From: Octopus bimaculoides
Taxonomy: Eukaryota
Direction: 5' to 3'
Length of the DNA: 46,717 nucleotides
Assembly: GCF_001194135.2 (NCBI RefSeq)
Contig: NC_068981.1
Coordinates: 141,465,723-141,512,439 of the forward strand
In this document: positions 12,768 through 25,187 of the stretch, piece by piece
How the letters are laid out: each line of letters begins with the position of its first letter
Position numbering within the stretch: position 1 is the stretch's first letter
Program-made: the position numbers and the translations under genes
Notes under the pieces: generated by a model
What the model saw: the letters and a program-made list of their open reading frames with translations, nothing else
Databases searched by the model: none
What the model was told of the DNA's origin: nothing

Positions 12768-12930
12768 GGCGCATGAGTGGCTATGTGGTAAGTAGCTTCC
12801 TTACCAACCAACTGGTTCCGGATTCAGACCCAGTGCATGGCACCTTGGGTAAGTGTCTTCTACTATAGCCTCGGGTCGACCAAAGCCTTGTGTATAGATT
12901 TGTTAGATAGAAACTGGAAGTAGCCTGTCG
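12768..12930 (+). mobile_element. OR2-like CORE-type SINE, 5' half
   Basis: tRNA-like head ggcgcatgagtggctatgtggtaag...ggattcagacc and CORE-like box ggcaccttgggtaagtgtcttct; clearly homologous to 36438-36600. Confidence 0.85.
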
Positions 12931-14119
12931 TATATATATATATATATATAGATGTAGTAGATTTGCGAAGATATGAAAGTAATACTTGTATATGATGCAT
13001 GGTGAAATTATGGGAACAAGTCCCATAAATCTCATCAACTTAGTTAAAAATGTAGAAGACAAGTTGTTAAAATATATAAGAGAATTCTAATTCATGCAGA
13101 CCATCGTTTCGTACAGAGATATAAATATAAAGCAAATTCATGATTGAATTGAATTAGATTGATTAGATTAATTATATATACTATTGTAATCTTCAGTGCA
13201 GAATGTATAAACAAAATTTACATTGAACATGAGAAAGGATATAGCAGAAGTATAGAAATTAGGAGATTCATATATCTATCCTTGTGAGAAAGAGATGTGA
13301 GTTAAGTTAGATATTAACTATAACTAAGGGTTATCACGGTTATTTGAAAATATAAGTAAAGAGGTATCAGAGACGTTCCCTCTATAGATGAGTAAGGAGT
13401 TTAGAAATTTTAACCCTAAATAAATTGCGTAGGCCAAAAATTGTATTAGAAATGACCAATTGAAAGGTACCACTATATTTGAATTAAGATATGAGCTGAC
13501 AGTTGAAAAAATTACGTAGTGTGATGTATTTTCCAAAAAAATTTTATACATGGAAATGAATTAATCTTGAGGAGATAGTGTATAAAGAGATAATACTAGA
13601 TAGCTATCGTAAAAAGGTATTAGAGAGGTAAGAAGGGTTAAAGAGAGACTTATGTTTGCATAAAAAACTAATATTCGTTAGTATGTATTAAATATAAGGC
13701 AGAAAAATAAGTATGAACAGAAAGATAGTTGCTAATATTACAATTTAAATAGTAATTACTTGCTGTGGCTATAAAGATGAAAGAAGTGAATTTGAAATAG
13801 GGAAAAAAATGTAGGAATACGGAAAAATAAATAAATCAATGTAGGGGAGATAAATGAGCTGAGAATGAAAAAAAAAAAAGGTATATTTTAGTCATGTATT
13901 CATGTATAAAGTTATACAGTAGCTGCGTTTATGTATAAATAAAAAATTATTATGAGGTAAAAATTAGCTTAGTTTTATGTGAGAGGGATATGCAATAGTA
14001 GTAGGGTAGTATTGATATTCAAGTAATGGTAGCGTATTGTGAATTATGTGTATAACAAAACATACGCGTGCACCCCTTACATATCGTATATATGTATGTA
14101 TGTATAATGTATGTGCTTG

Positions 14120-14306
14120 TATGTTTGTGTTTGTCCCCCCACCATCCCTTGACAAGCGATGTTGGTGTGTTTATATCGCCATAACATAGCGTTTCGGTAT
14201 AAGATACCGATAGAATAAGTACTAGGCTTACAAATAATAAGTCCTGAGGTCGATTTGTTCGAGTAAAGGTGGGACTCCAGCATGATCGCAGTCAAATGAC
14301 TGAAAC
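14120..14306 (+). mobile_element. OR2-like SINE, 3' half
   Basis: ccgatagaataagtactaggct...ccagcatgatcgcagtcaaatgactgaaac is homologous to the 3' parts of the 30408 and 36438 copies. Confidence 0.8.
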
Positions 14307-14309
14307 TTT

Positions 14310-14687
14310 TATCCGAAACCAACTGATTAAGCAATTTTCCAGACAACCTACCGAACCCCAACTGAAATATATCAAAAGCTTCATTACGGACGATATAGAT
14401 ATGCAAAACCACCTCCCAAAGACAAAAAAACAAATTAAGTGACAGACACGGCATCCTTTGATGTTGTGTACATGTTGCTAATGTCCTACATGACTATGGA
14501 ATAGAAGCAATCACATTCTCTTTGGAAAAGTATCCAGAATAATTACCAGGGCGTATCAACAAGGAACTCATAACTGAAGAATTAAAATGTATTCTCCAGA
14601 ATAATTATTTCATAGTGATCCCATTTACTGCCGACAGAAATGTAGAATTGCGATGGTACCAAAATTAGCTTTATATCTAATTAATGT
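14310..14687 (+). mobile_element. Penelope-like element 2, RT 5' portion (before the pogo insertion)
   Basis: SFDVVYM, LHDYGIEAITFSLEKYPE*LPGRINKELITEELKCILQNNYF and RQKCRIAMVPKLA (like RQ..GTAMGTK.AP). Confidence 0.7.
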
Positions 14688-14689
14688 TA

Positions 14690-16580
14690 CCAGGGTTTTC
14701 CAAAAATCCGCCCATCCATCAGATCGCCCATGGGCGTTTATTTGGATGGGCGGTTATTTGTGGTTAAAAAGTGAAACAGAGTTAGTGTTCTTGTTTGCAT
14801 TCTCTTTAGATGTTCATTTGCTCTATGTCTGTAAATAAATTCAAAGGATTTTTATTTCCAATAATGGAGTCGAAAGAAAATATATCAAAACGTATTCAAC
14901 GATCATATACCGTTAGTGAAAAATTGAGTGCTATTAAACTAGTGAAAGAACATTCTGTCAATTTATATTTTGCGTCAAGAGACAGGTATTGATAGAAAAC
15001 GATTGAGAAAGAAACTGAGTTAATCAATATGTCAGACAAGAGGAAGCGCAGATCAATTGGTGGAGGTAGAAGACCAGCACATAGAAATCTAGAGACCAAA
15101 CTCTTACAGTGGATTTTTGTTCAGCGTGCAAGCAATATAACTGTAAATTATCGCCGTTTACGGGAATATACATTTGAATTGGCAAAAAGATTTGGATGTT
15201 CTGGTAAATGGATTTCCAATTTCATGAAACGGAATAAACTGACTGTAAGAAAGATTACACATGTTGGTCAAGCAGACAATAAAACACTTGGAAAAAAGGC
15301 ACAAATCGCCAGTGACTATCTAGATAGCACTCCAGTATTAGCAGCAGATAAGGATGCTGATCAGATTTATAATATGGATGAAACACCTGTATATGTTGAC
15401 ATGTTGAGTTCAACAACCATAGACTTTGTTGACAATAAAAATGTAGATGCAAGTCACTGTGGTGTTACCAAAGCTCGTTTTACTGCTGTGTTGTGTGTTA
15501 ATGCTGCAGGAAAGGTGTTGAAAACGATGATTATCCTTAAAGGATTGAAAAAACGAGCCTAAAATCAAGGTCCCAAAGAATATTTACTTAACAGTCTCCA
15601 ACAGGAGATCAAGCACATATGAACTCATACAGCTGTGGGCTGAGAAATGCTTGGGCAGAGAACAGCACAACTATTCCATGCTCACAATTCATTGCTATTC
15701 ATGGATGAATGCTCAGTCACAAGTAACCAGAGCTCCTAGAAGTGTTCAAACGTATGAATACAATTCTCAAACTTATACCTCCGAAAACAATATCTTACTT
15801 TCAGCCGTTAGATATATCAATTATTGGTCATTTCAAGAAAGCCCTTCGTGCTGATTGGGAGAATTAGTTTCATATGGCATAAAAAGGAGTATATAAATAA
15901 AGGATATCGCAAAAAACCTTATCAAGTGATAGTGAACTTTGTGACCCAAGCTGTTGCTACTTTCAATAAATAAACTATAAAGCGTGCTTTTGAATGCTGT
16001 GGAATTGCTCCTCGTGTACAGTCTGTAGAGCATAGCCTTTTAAACACAGGCTTACAGGATGTTTTGTCTGGCCTTGAGGTAAATGTGCCAGATGCACATA
16101 ATGACAAAAGTGAAGAAGATGAGATACAAGTAAGTGAAATTCGCTCTGATGTGAATTATGGCCAAGCAACAAATGAAGAAATTCGTGACATATAACTTGA
16201 ATCTATTCGGTTATTATTCTATCATAAATGCCCAAGGCTTCTATTCATGTTTACAACAGTTTAATTTTCAATATTTCCTAATAGATCCATTGTTAACTTC
16301 AGAATATTTTTTGACATGCTACTTCTTTTTAAGGTTGTTTCAGTTTCTTTATGCCTGTATATCTGACAACTGAAACGATAGAAGTTCAATGGAATTGTAT
16401 AAAAAAATATGGCTTTTGAGAATATATTTATTTTTTGTAGATGAAATATTTTACTTCCATATTACCGCCCATGGGCGCTTATTTTAGGTGGGCGGTTATT
16501 TTAGCCAAAAAAAAAAAAAAAAAGATTTGTAAAGTTGAATTTTCCGTTTAACAGCCCTGGGCGGATTTTCGGAAAACCAC
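14690..16580 (+). mobile_element. pogo-superfamily DNA transposon (Passer/POGK-like), about 1.9 kb, non-functional
   Basis: Imperfect TIRs ccagggttttccaaaaatccgccca (14690-14714) and tgggcggattttcggaaaaccac (16558-16580); TA immediately 5'; transposase pseudo-ORF inside. Confidence 0.9.
14864..16160 (+). pseudogene. pogo transposase pseudogene (Brinker-like HTH, CENP-B/Tc5 HTH, DDD catalytic domain)
   Basis: MESKENISKRIQRSYTVSEKLSAIK; GRRPAHRNLETKLLQWIFVQR...SGKWISNFMKRNKLTVRKITH; IYNMDET; RFTAVLCVNAAGKVLKTMIILKG; LFMDEC (D at 15704); QPLD (D at 15811). The 107-nt D-D spacing is compatible with DD35D plus a 1-nt deletion. Confidence 0.9.
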
Positions 16581-17120
16581 AAAAAGAATTATTACACAAA
16601 TATCAATACTCAGTTTTACCAATATATAAGAGACAAGTGGAAAAGACAATGAGATGACTACTTTATCATTTGGAATGAAAGAATTAATAAACTATTCAAA
16701 TATAAAACACTGCTCAATGGGATAAATATGATTATTCAATTCAGAATGGAATACTACAAAAAAGTCAGTTACGAAATTTGAGCCTATGCCACCCGAAATA
16801 CATTAAAATAAATATCCCTTTCAATTTAACGAAAATGATTTGTTCAATAGTGACTGATAGAAATAACCAGGAGTTAAGACTTCAAGAGACATTAACCACG
16901 TACACAAGTACATGATGGGATAAAACGCGCTAAGATAATGCATAACCAGTCACTATGGGAAGTGTAACAATATTACACACATGATTTACGAATACAATCC
17001 TTTATATCTACCAACATCCCTGGAAACAATGAGGCAAATAAACTATTTTTCAAAACATTGAGATGTTAGAGGGATCTACAGCTGAACTTTGGAAATGTTA
17101 TTCCCCTATTTGCGGATGCA
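16581..17120 (+). mobile_element. Penelope-like element 2, RT 3' portion (resumes after the pogo insertion)
   Basis: FYQYIRDKWKRQ*DDYFIIW (like WKRYLDDCFIIW), LLNGINMIIQFRMEY and IPFNLTKMICSIVTDRNNQELRLQE. Confidence 0.7.
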
Positions 17121-17570
17121 ATGGAGCACCATCTGCATAACAAATCATGAGACAACATTTATTGAAAACTATCGGGCGCAGTTGAATATGAACATATATC
17201 CAATTTTAGAATATGTAACTATTTTATTACATATATATCTTTTTAATCGACATGTATTCAATTTATTTTCCAAAATAGTGGTATTTACATATCCTCAATA
17301 TAATGATTTTAATCAAGACTACCCCACCTAAAATTGTATTTACCTTCCAATTACTTTAGAAACTATTGTTTTCTCAACTAACATGTAACGAAAACATTAT
17401 GATTGCATGAAGTCATAACATTGTCTTTAACTACTCTGTAACATGAGAAGAAGCGAAACCGGTCGACTCTGTAAATACTTTATTTCATTAATACATATTG
17501 TTTTTTTCTACAATAAAATTTCTGTGCATTTCATTCGTTTCATATTTTTACTCCATGAGTGTTTGTTTGT

Positions 17571-17607
<37 letters not shown>

Positions 17608-17984
17608 CAGAGAGAGAGGGGGGAATAAAAGATGAGTGAATGTATATTAAATCAGGTAGTTTAAGGCGTATTATAAGATTAGCGCGGTAACAGCCACACT
17701 TTAGTAATAGGTCTCAACCGTATCATAGAAGCACGCTTTGAAGATATATGTGTGTTATACTAAGAGCATTAGTCATAGAAGAAAAGTTACAAATGAAGTG
17801 CAAAGAAAGGAAATACTGCAGTATAACAATGGAGCGGCAGAATATTTGTTTAACTGACAAACTGATATTTATGTTTATACATGTATGTTCGTATATACAT
17901 AGATACACACACACGTACATATATATTAATACATACATGCATGTGTATATATATATATAAATATATATATACATATACGTATAT

Positions 17985-17988
17985 AATC

Positions 17989-18057
<69 letters not shown>

Positions 18058-18100
18058 GAGGGAGAGAGATAGAGATAGATAGATAGAGAGATAGATAGAT
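17985..18100. repeat. (TA)n-(GA)n-(GATA)n compound microsatellite
   Basis: Direct reading. Confidence 0.9.
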
Positions 18101-18823
18101 GCATTTATACAGGTTCATGTTTATGTGTGAGTATACATTTATATTTTTGAATATATTTGTGTGGATGTATGTGTCCATTGCAAAAATTTTATTTAACTTT
18201 CTCTTCAAAAGAGGCATATGTTTGAGTTGATTTTGCGTTGCTTAGCTGCCTAGCGCATTTTATTAAAAACGTATTCAAAATGTTCTTAATGTACAACGTT
18301 ACATTTCAGAATGGAACTGTTTCTCTGTTACGTAAGCTATCAGAGAATAGTGAATTTTACTTGAATGAACTTTTCTTTCCAACTATATTTGTAAATAGTT
18401 TTGAGATTGCATGTATAGTAGCTGCAATTTTATTACAGTTTTTGCTTCACTCATTCTGTATGCATATTTGGATTTTTTTTCTTTTACTATTTTATTTTTT
18501 GTTATGATGGATTGTGAATATTTTTTTTTTCCTTTTCATAATTCGAATTGTTTGCAGTTCTCTCATGATATGTTGTGAATGTCACATGAATTTTCGTGTG
18601 TTTATGACTTGTTTGCTTGTGATTTGTAACGTATTGATAACTGAAATAACTAAAGTCAATATTTTCTGTCATCAAGATATGTGCATGTGTGTTTATATAT
18701 GTGTGTGCATGTATGTGTATATATGTATGTATATATGTGCATATATGTGTATATAATATTCATATATATTGTATATCTCTGTATATTTTGAGAGATAAAT
18801 AGATGGAGGTAAAAATAAATAGA

Positions 18824-18864
18824 CAGACAGACAGACATACAGACAAACAGACAGACAGACAGAC

Positions 18865-18916
<52 letters not shown>
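18824..18916. repeat. (GACA)n-(GATA)n tetranucleotide array
   Basis: Direct reading. Confidence 0.9.
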
Positions 18917-20291
18917 GCATGTACGAATGAATGCAAATATAATATAGTTTGTATAACTCGGAGTTGAAATATATTTGCTTATACAACAGCTTGTGTGTTA
19001 GTTAATTGTTGGAGACAGTAAAAAGTAATAAAATATTATTTTCTTAAACATATAACGTAAGTTTTATTCACTTGCGTTTCTGGAGTTGAAACCACTTTAA
19101 TCAACTTTATTTGTAGCCAGTTGAAATCACAAAATTTGTGAGAGAACGATGAAGCATTTGTAATAGTTATATACTTTATGAAACGTTACGTATGCAATTT
19201 TGTGGGAATTTGAATTAATATGAAATGCAATAATTCAAATGGTGCACTTCAACTAAGATGTGAAACGATATTCTTAATCCAATAATAGTTATGTTCTTGA
19301 CTTGCAAGTGAAAACAAAAATATCGAAAGTATAGAAAAGCTTATCAAACGAATAGAAAAAGTAGAAGTATTTACTTCTTATTTTATGTCTAATGAAGCCA
19401 GTATGTTGAGTGTATGCTAAAATTGTACTTAAGTAGTGCTCATAAAATATAATTTACATGCATTCAGTTACATCTCCTCGATATACCTATATACAATTCT
19501 ATATTAAAGTTAGCTATACCCAGCAGTTAGATGAATTTAATTGCCTGACTGCATTTTTTTAAGTTTCATTATTCACGTTCAAAAACATATGAAGTTTTAC
19601 TCTTATATGTTAGGATCGATATTTTGTTTTTGCTTTTTATACAGTCAAACATACATAAGGATTCAGAAATCGAAGAATGAATTTCTAATGCTGTTTTGGA
19701 TTAATTTGGTGTTGTCCTCATCATTTAAACAACTTATTACTGTATTCTTATTATATCACAGAATTACTTCAGAATGACGAGCTAAGTATTATGGTGACAT
19801 TTTTTTCCTTCTTTTAGCAAGTGTATTCCTTCATTCAGAAGGCGGAGGAATCAAAGATATACAAAGAAAAAAGCATTCTGCAGAGAAAATCTACACACAA
19901 CGATTTCTAAATTCAAATTGAATGTATGAACTATCATAGGCATAGAGCCAACCAGCTTGGGGACATTATCAATGAGATTCCTTGCTTGAATTACTGAATG
20001 GAGCATTATTGAGATGAAAAACATTCAACGAATAAGGTGCGACTGAAAATGAACAAAACCATGCATAGCTAATCATATGTCGACTGGTCACCCTAGTAAA
20101 GATCAGAAGTAGGAAGAGGTAACTGAGTATCGACGAGGTAGCAGAACCAGAGAAAATAACACCGGTTTTATATATTGCAAAAGGAAACAATATTCAGTAA
20201 GGAAGTGATACGTGAAGGAATATTTATAGAATTTGAAAGACATAATAAAGGGAAAACAGGAGAGGTCCCATATTTCAAAAGAATGCATCAG

Positions 20292-20430
20292 AGTTGCCAG
20301 TTGTTTCCGGCTGCGAGGACAGGAGTAACGTGAAATGATGTATTTTGATCAAAGGCTCAACGTATCGCCCGGTCCAGTAATAAACCACAATCATAAGATC
20401 ACGTATGCGACACCCTAACCACTGAGTCAT
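20292..20430 (-). mobile_element. Degenerate 5' part of SINE family A (head type 2)
   Basis: ...aacgtgaaatgatgtattttgatcaaagg...accctaaccactgagtc resembles the head and CORE-like region of the adjacent copy. Confidence 0.45.
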
Positions 20431-20440
20431 AGAGTGACAT

Positions 20441-20746
20441 ACTGGCACTCCGACGGTTACAACGACGAGGGTTCCAGTTGACCCGAACAACGGAACAGCC
20501 TGCTCGTGAAATTAACGTGCAAACGGCTTGTTATTACGCAGACACGTGTACTTATAACAGAGAGATTCAGCGTGATACAGAGTGTGACAAAGCTGGCCCA
20601 GTTACTACTCATTTTTGCTAGCTGAGTGGACTGGAACAACGTGAAATAAAATGCCTTACTCAAGGAGACAAGTAGTCGCCTGTAATCGAACTCACGACCT
20701 TACAATTGTAAGCGGAATGCACTTACGCTAACCAGTAAGCCTCGCT
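20441..20746 (-). mobile_element. SINE family A (head type 2, CORE-like box)
   Basis: Tail ggcactccgacggttacaacgacgagggttccagttg...cagcctgctcgtgaaattaacgtgca is shared with the 24876, 27213 and 38553 copies; B-box complement aatcgaactc. Confidence 0.8.
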
Positions 20747-21317
20747 TATATATAAGGAGACAGGAAAGTAAGATTTATCGATTAATTGAAAGATACATAA
20801 TTAATTTCCTACATACATACCTGTATAGGCTCATATCTAGCAATGGATTTTACTTTTCACCATTTTGAGTGTCTCTATGTGACAATGAGATTATGATGAG
20901 TGTCCATAAAAAAAGGGGCTTTTGCATCTATAAATGCGGGTGTACTTGTGTCCAACGGCAATTACGCCGACACGTTTTAATCTTAAGAGGAGAAGATGCT
21001 TCAGGAAGTTTTCGGTCATGTACGCATAGAATAAACAAAGTTCACCCAGAATCATATTTGGCCTTCTTTCACGATGTTACGGTTTCTAGTGAAAACAGCC
21101 GATATATGATATGACGGACATTAGCATTAAAGCGAATGGTAGCACGAAACGTTACAAAATTCAACATGTCAATAACTGGTTAACATTAGCTGCAGCAGTG
21201 ACATATATTGAGTTACTGATCATGTTATACTTTGAAAATCGTATCAGTTGAGAGGATTAAGATGTATTTGATTAATGAGAACGTTTGTCTTAAACCTACC
21301 TAACAGAGATTATCTTT

Positions 21318-21359
<42 letters not shown>

Positions 21360-22610
21360 NNNNNNNNNNNNNNNNNNNNNNNNNNNNNNNNNNNNNNNNN
21401 NNNNNNNNNNNNNNNNNNNNNNNNNNNNNNNNNNNNNNNNNNNNNNNNNNNNNNNNNNNNNNNNNNNNNNNNNNNNNNNNNNNNNNNNNNNNNNNNNNNN
21501 NNNNNNNNNNNNNNNNNNNNNNNNNNNNNNNNNNNNNNNNNNNNNNNNNNNNNNNNNNNNNNNNNNNNNNNNNNNNNNNNNNNNNNNNNNNNNNNNNNNN
21601 NNNNNNNNNNNNNNNNNNNNNNNNNNNNNNATATATATATATATATATACGGGTGTGTAAGCGCGTGTGAGTGTGAGTGTGTGATCTGTGCGTACGTGTG
21701 TGTACTTGTGCGTTGTAACGAATTGTCTGCATTTCCCCATAAATGTTTTCCGTTTTCTAATTTGATGTCTCTTTGACGTCCATTAGAATGTTATTCTCCT
21801 CTCATGCAACCTCTCTCGCCTCATACATCCATGTTTTCCTGAATCGTCATCAAGATATCGCGTCATGTAATATGATTCTTGCCGCCGCTCTAGTTGCTGT
21901 CAAACTTTAGTGCATGTTCCATTCCTATGCCAATGGAGGTGCATCTCGCATATATTTCGGTGAGGAATGCAAGTCTTTCCTCGCAGAACATGTATACTGA
22001 CTAACAAACAAATGAAAGTATGACGAAGGTATCTCGAAACACATCTTGTTATTAATCAAGGTTATTAATTCAACGGTCATCCTATGCTAATAGAGAATGA
22101 TATATATCTGTCGCAACTTTAATCTCATGACTTAAAAATCATCAGACATAAGTACTTGCCCTCGATGAATTTGAGGATCCCACAAAGTGTCTGAAGCATA
22201 TATTTGCTCAGATTTCACTTCTACTGATGTTCTTGCTAGTTTCATGGATGTAAGGAAGAAATCAAAAGTATAGAGCAGTATGCAACAAAATCAAGGGTAG
22301 GTTGCCTCAATATTTTTAATGGCTATACCCAGGTATGAGGTGAGCAATAGCGGTCGCAAGAAGAAACCATTCATCATGGATCACGATCTCTATTAGTTTT
22401 ATGCAGAATTCCGTCAACAAGGCTCAATACTTTACTTGTAACACCATGATACAGGAGTTAACGCATGTCAATTCAAGACTACCACGTGACTGCTATATAT
22501 GCAAAATGAGTCTTAGTCAGCGTTCTTCTCCGTTAAGCAATACCGAATGGAGAAAATTGTTAGGTTGTGTGTGTGTATCTGTGTGTGTATATACATACAT
22601 ACACCCCCCC

Positions 22611-22639
<29 letters not shown>

Positions 22640-22647
<8 letters not shown>

Positions 22648-23340
22648 ATGACTGAGGAATATCATTGCTGACCTTCAGGAACATTGTGCGCTCTTATATT
22701 TTGCATTTGCGGCTCCGTTGGTAGCTAATGAGCCCTGCTCTTTACAAGCATACACGACCTCAAACATTGCAGACAAAGCTGTCCCCACTCACTACAGCAG
22801 CAGTGCACATTCGAGCAGCACGTTTAATTTCTTCAGGCAGAATACGTTCTTTCTCAAAAGGGTCGACCTGCTCCTTAACCTGCTTTCTCCATCTGTGGCG
22901 ATGACAGACATTGTTCTCCGAATCAGTCCCTTGCATATCACCGGCTTTTAATGAAGACTTGATACAGTCTTTAAATCACAGCCTTGGTTTCTGCCGGGGT
23001 CTCTTTCGATTCGCATGTTCCCCATATAGCATTTACTTAGGGATCCTGCTATCCTTCATCCTAACAAGGTGTCCAGTCCAACGTAACCGGTGCCTGTGCA
23101 TCATCGCCTCAATACTCAAGATATTAGCTGTCCTCGAGAACTGTGTGTCCGTAGTTTTAAAGTATAATGACATTATCAGTAGAATGTCTGTATCAGAAAT
23201 GGGGATTTTCCTATGTATGGTTCTCAGCTGGGTATAAAAATTAATATTATCTTCATCACAGCTGGTCAAAGTAGGTACATAAGCACTTATTAGATATCCC
23301 GAGACGGCACTGATGTGTCCCATTCTCCAATTAAAGAGTT
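22640..23340 (-). mobile_element. Internally deleted RTE-clade LINE (endonuclease segment fused to post-RT C-terminus)
   Basis: LISAYVPTLTSCDEDNINFYTQL (APE domain) runs in frame into ANILSIEAMMHRHRLRWTGHLVRMKDSRIPK*MLYGE...FKDCIKSSLK...FVCNV*GRVCL*RAGLISYQRS (RTE C-terminus); ends at a short (TCA)n. Confidence 0.8.
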
Positions 23341-24254
23341 ACATTAATTTCACTGTTTATGAAGGATTTGGTCATTAATACATTATCTCTGTCTTCAGCG
23401 ACTTCTTATGTCTGATGTCACCATTTTGCAGCATACGTATTGGTGCGGAAATAGTTCAATTTTAAACGACGCCCGTTATAAAGCACATAAAACTAAACAA
23501 CGTTAAATAAGTTAAATCGATTACATTCGTTGATTTTGTTACCGTCATTAAGACAGCAGTTGCATTTAATGTCATTAAGAAAATCGTTTTTAATTTTCTT
23601 TTTTGATTTGCTATTTTTCAGAAATCTGTTTCTTGTATTGCTGTAAGATGGTTGATATATATATATATATTGAAATATGTTGTAACTGCAATATTTATTT
23701 GAGATTTAGTGGTCATAATGCATTTCATCTAGTTCAAATCCTCATATTAATCTAATCTGCTATAGTATTTACTTAGGTAGGATTTAAACTACCATAGTTT
23801 ATAAAAAAAAAAAAAAACACTCGTTAATAATATAATGCTCACTCCATGTGTGAAAGTATGCATTACAGCCGGTTCAAACTTTGGTAGACAAAACTGTTAT
23901 CACAACGGATAACTTTATTCTGAAAACTAATATTTACGACATGTAGTGTTTCAGACCGAAGCTCTTGCTACATTTATCAAACCAAAATTACTCTAATAAA
24001 AAGGATTGTTGTCGCAGTTTCTTCTAGATATTTCGTAGTAATGTTTAATACTTATCGAGAGCAGAAGGTCACAAGTGACCCACAATCTGAAAACAATCAA
24101 TAATATTAAAGGCCCAGTAAAACATACTCCTGCTGCACATACAATTTAAAATATATTGAAAATCTTGTATCGTTGCATGATTTCGTATTATTTTAGAAAT
24201 AGAAATATTAATAAAATACCCTTACGCTGATATCAAGGAACCTGGTTGATTTTC

Positions 24255-24474
24255 TAATTTCTTTATTGCTCACAAGGGGCTAAACATAGAGGGGACACAC
24301 AAGGACAGGCAAAGGGATTAAGTCGATTAAATCTACCCCAGTGCGTAACTGGTACTTATTTAATCGATCTCGAAAAAATGAAAGGCTAAGAATTTGAACT
24401 CAGAGCGTAGAGACAGACGAAATACCGCTAAACATTTCGCCCGGGTGCTAACGTTTCTGCCAACGCGCCGCCTT
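24255..24474 (-). mobile_element. SINE family C (octopus OK/OR group; exact name not assigned), near full length
   Basis: Reverse complement begins ggcggcgcgttggcagaaacgttagcacccgggcgaaatg, with B-box gagttcaaatt and tail ...tttagccccttgtgagcaataaagaaat. Confidence 0.85.
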
Positions 24475-24875
24475 AGAAAAATCAACCAACATGGTCGATT
24501 TTCTGATTTTCTGCGAGCTAAACGTTCTTTGTCGAGTTGACTACATCTCACAGTTACGCTACAAAAATAGTTATTAGTATACAAATAAATTAAAATTCCT
24601 ACGATAATATAATTCTTTCTAATAATCAGTAATACAACACGTCATGTTTGTTGTTCTCGCAACACACTATTGAACAGTTATTACCGTCGTATGATTCAGT
24701 GTTTTATCGGAAATCATTTGAAATTTGCACGTGGGGATTCACTGGGGATTGTTGCTGCTGCCACCAGCAGTTGCTTCCGGAGTATGAGAGAGAGAGGGGG
24801 GGGCGAATTAACTGAGAGGTCTGCAAAACTTCAATATTCTTACAATAAAATCTCACTTAATAAAGCATCAAAGAA

Positions 24876-25187
24876 TTGGCAGTCCGTCGGTTACGGCGAG
24901 GAGTATTCCAGTGATGCGATCAACGGAACAGCCTGCTTGTGAATTCAACGAAAAAGTGGCTGCTCACTCCAAAGTCGCATGTACCCTTAACGTTGTTCTC
25001 AGGGAGATTTAGCATGACACAGATTGGGAAAAGGCTACAACTTTGAGATATATGGAGACATAGCCGAGTGCACTTGAGCACCTTGAAAATAAAATGTCTT
25101 ACTATAGGACATAGCACGTCGCCGGGAATCGAACTCACGACCTTACGATCGTGAGCCGAGTACCATAATCACTAAGCCGCTAGCCTT
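24876..25187 (-). mobile_element. SINE family A (head type 2)
   Basis: Shared family-A tail; head reverse complement gtgaaggctagcggcttagtgattatggtactcggctcacgatcgtaaggtcgtgagttcgattcccggcgac. Confidence 0.8.

Noticed and set aside
19818-19960. Strong plus-strand acceptor (ttttttccttcttttag|CAAG) with possible donor AAT|gtatga
   Set aside because: No frame gives a recognisable protein; two frames stop before the donor; no supporting exons.
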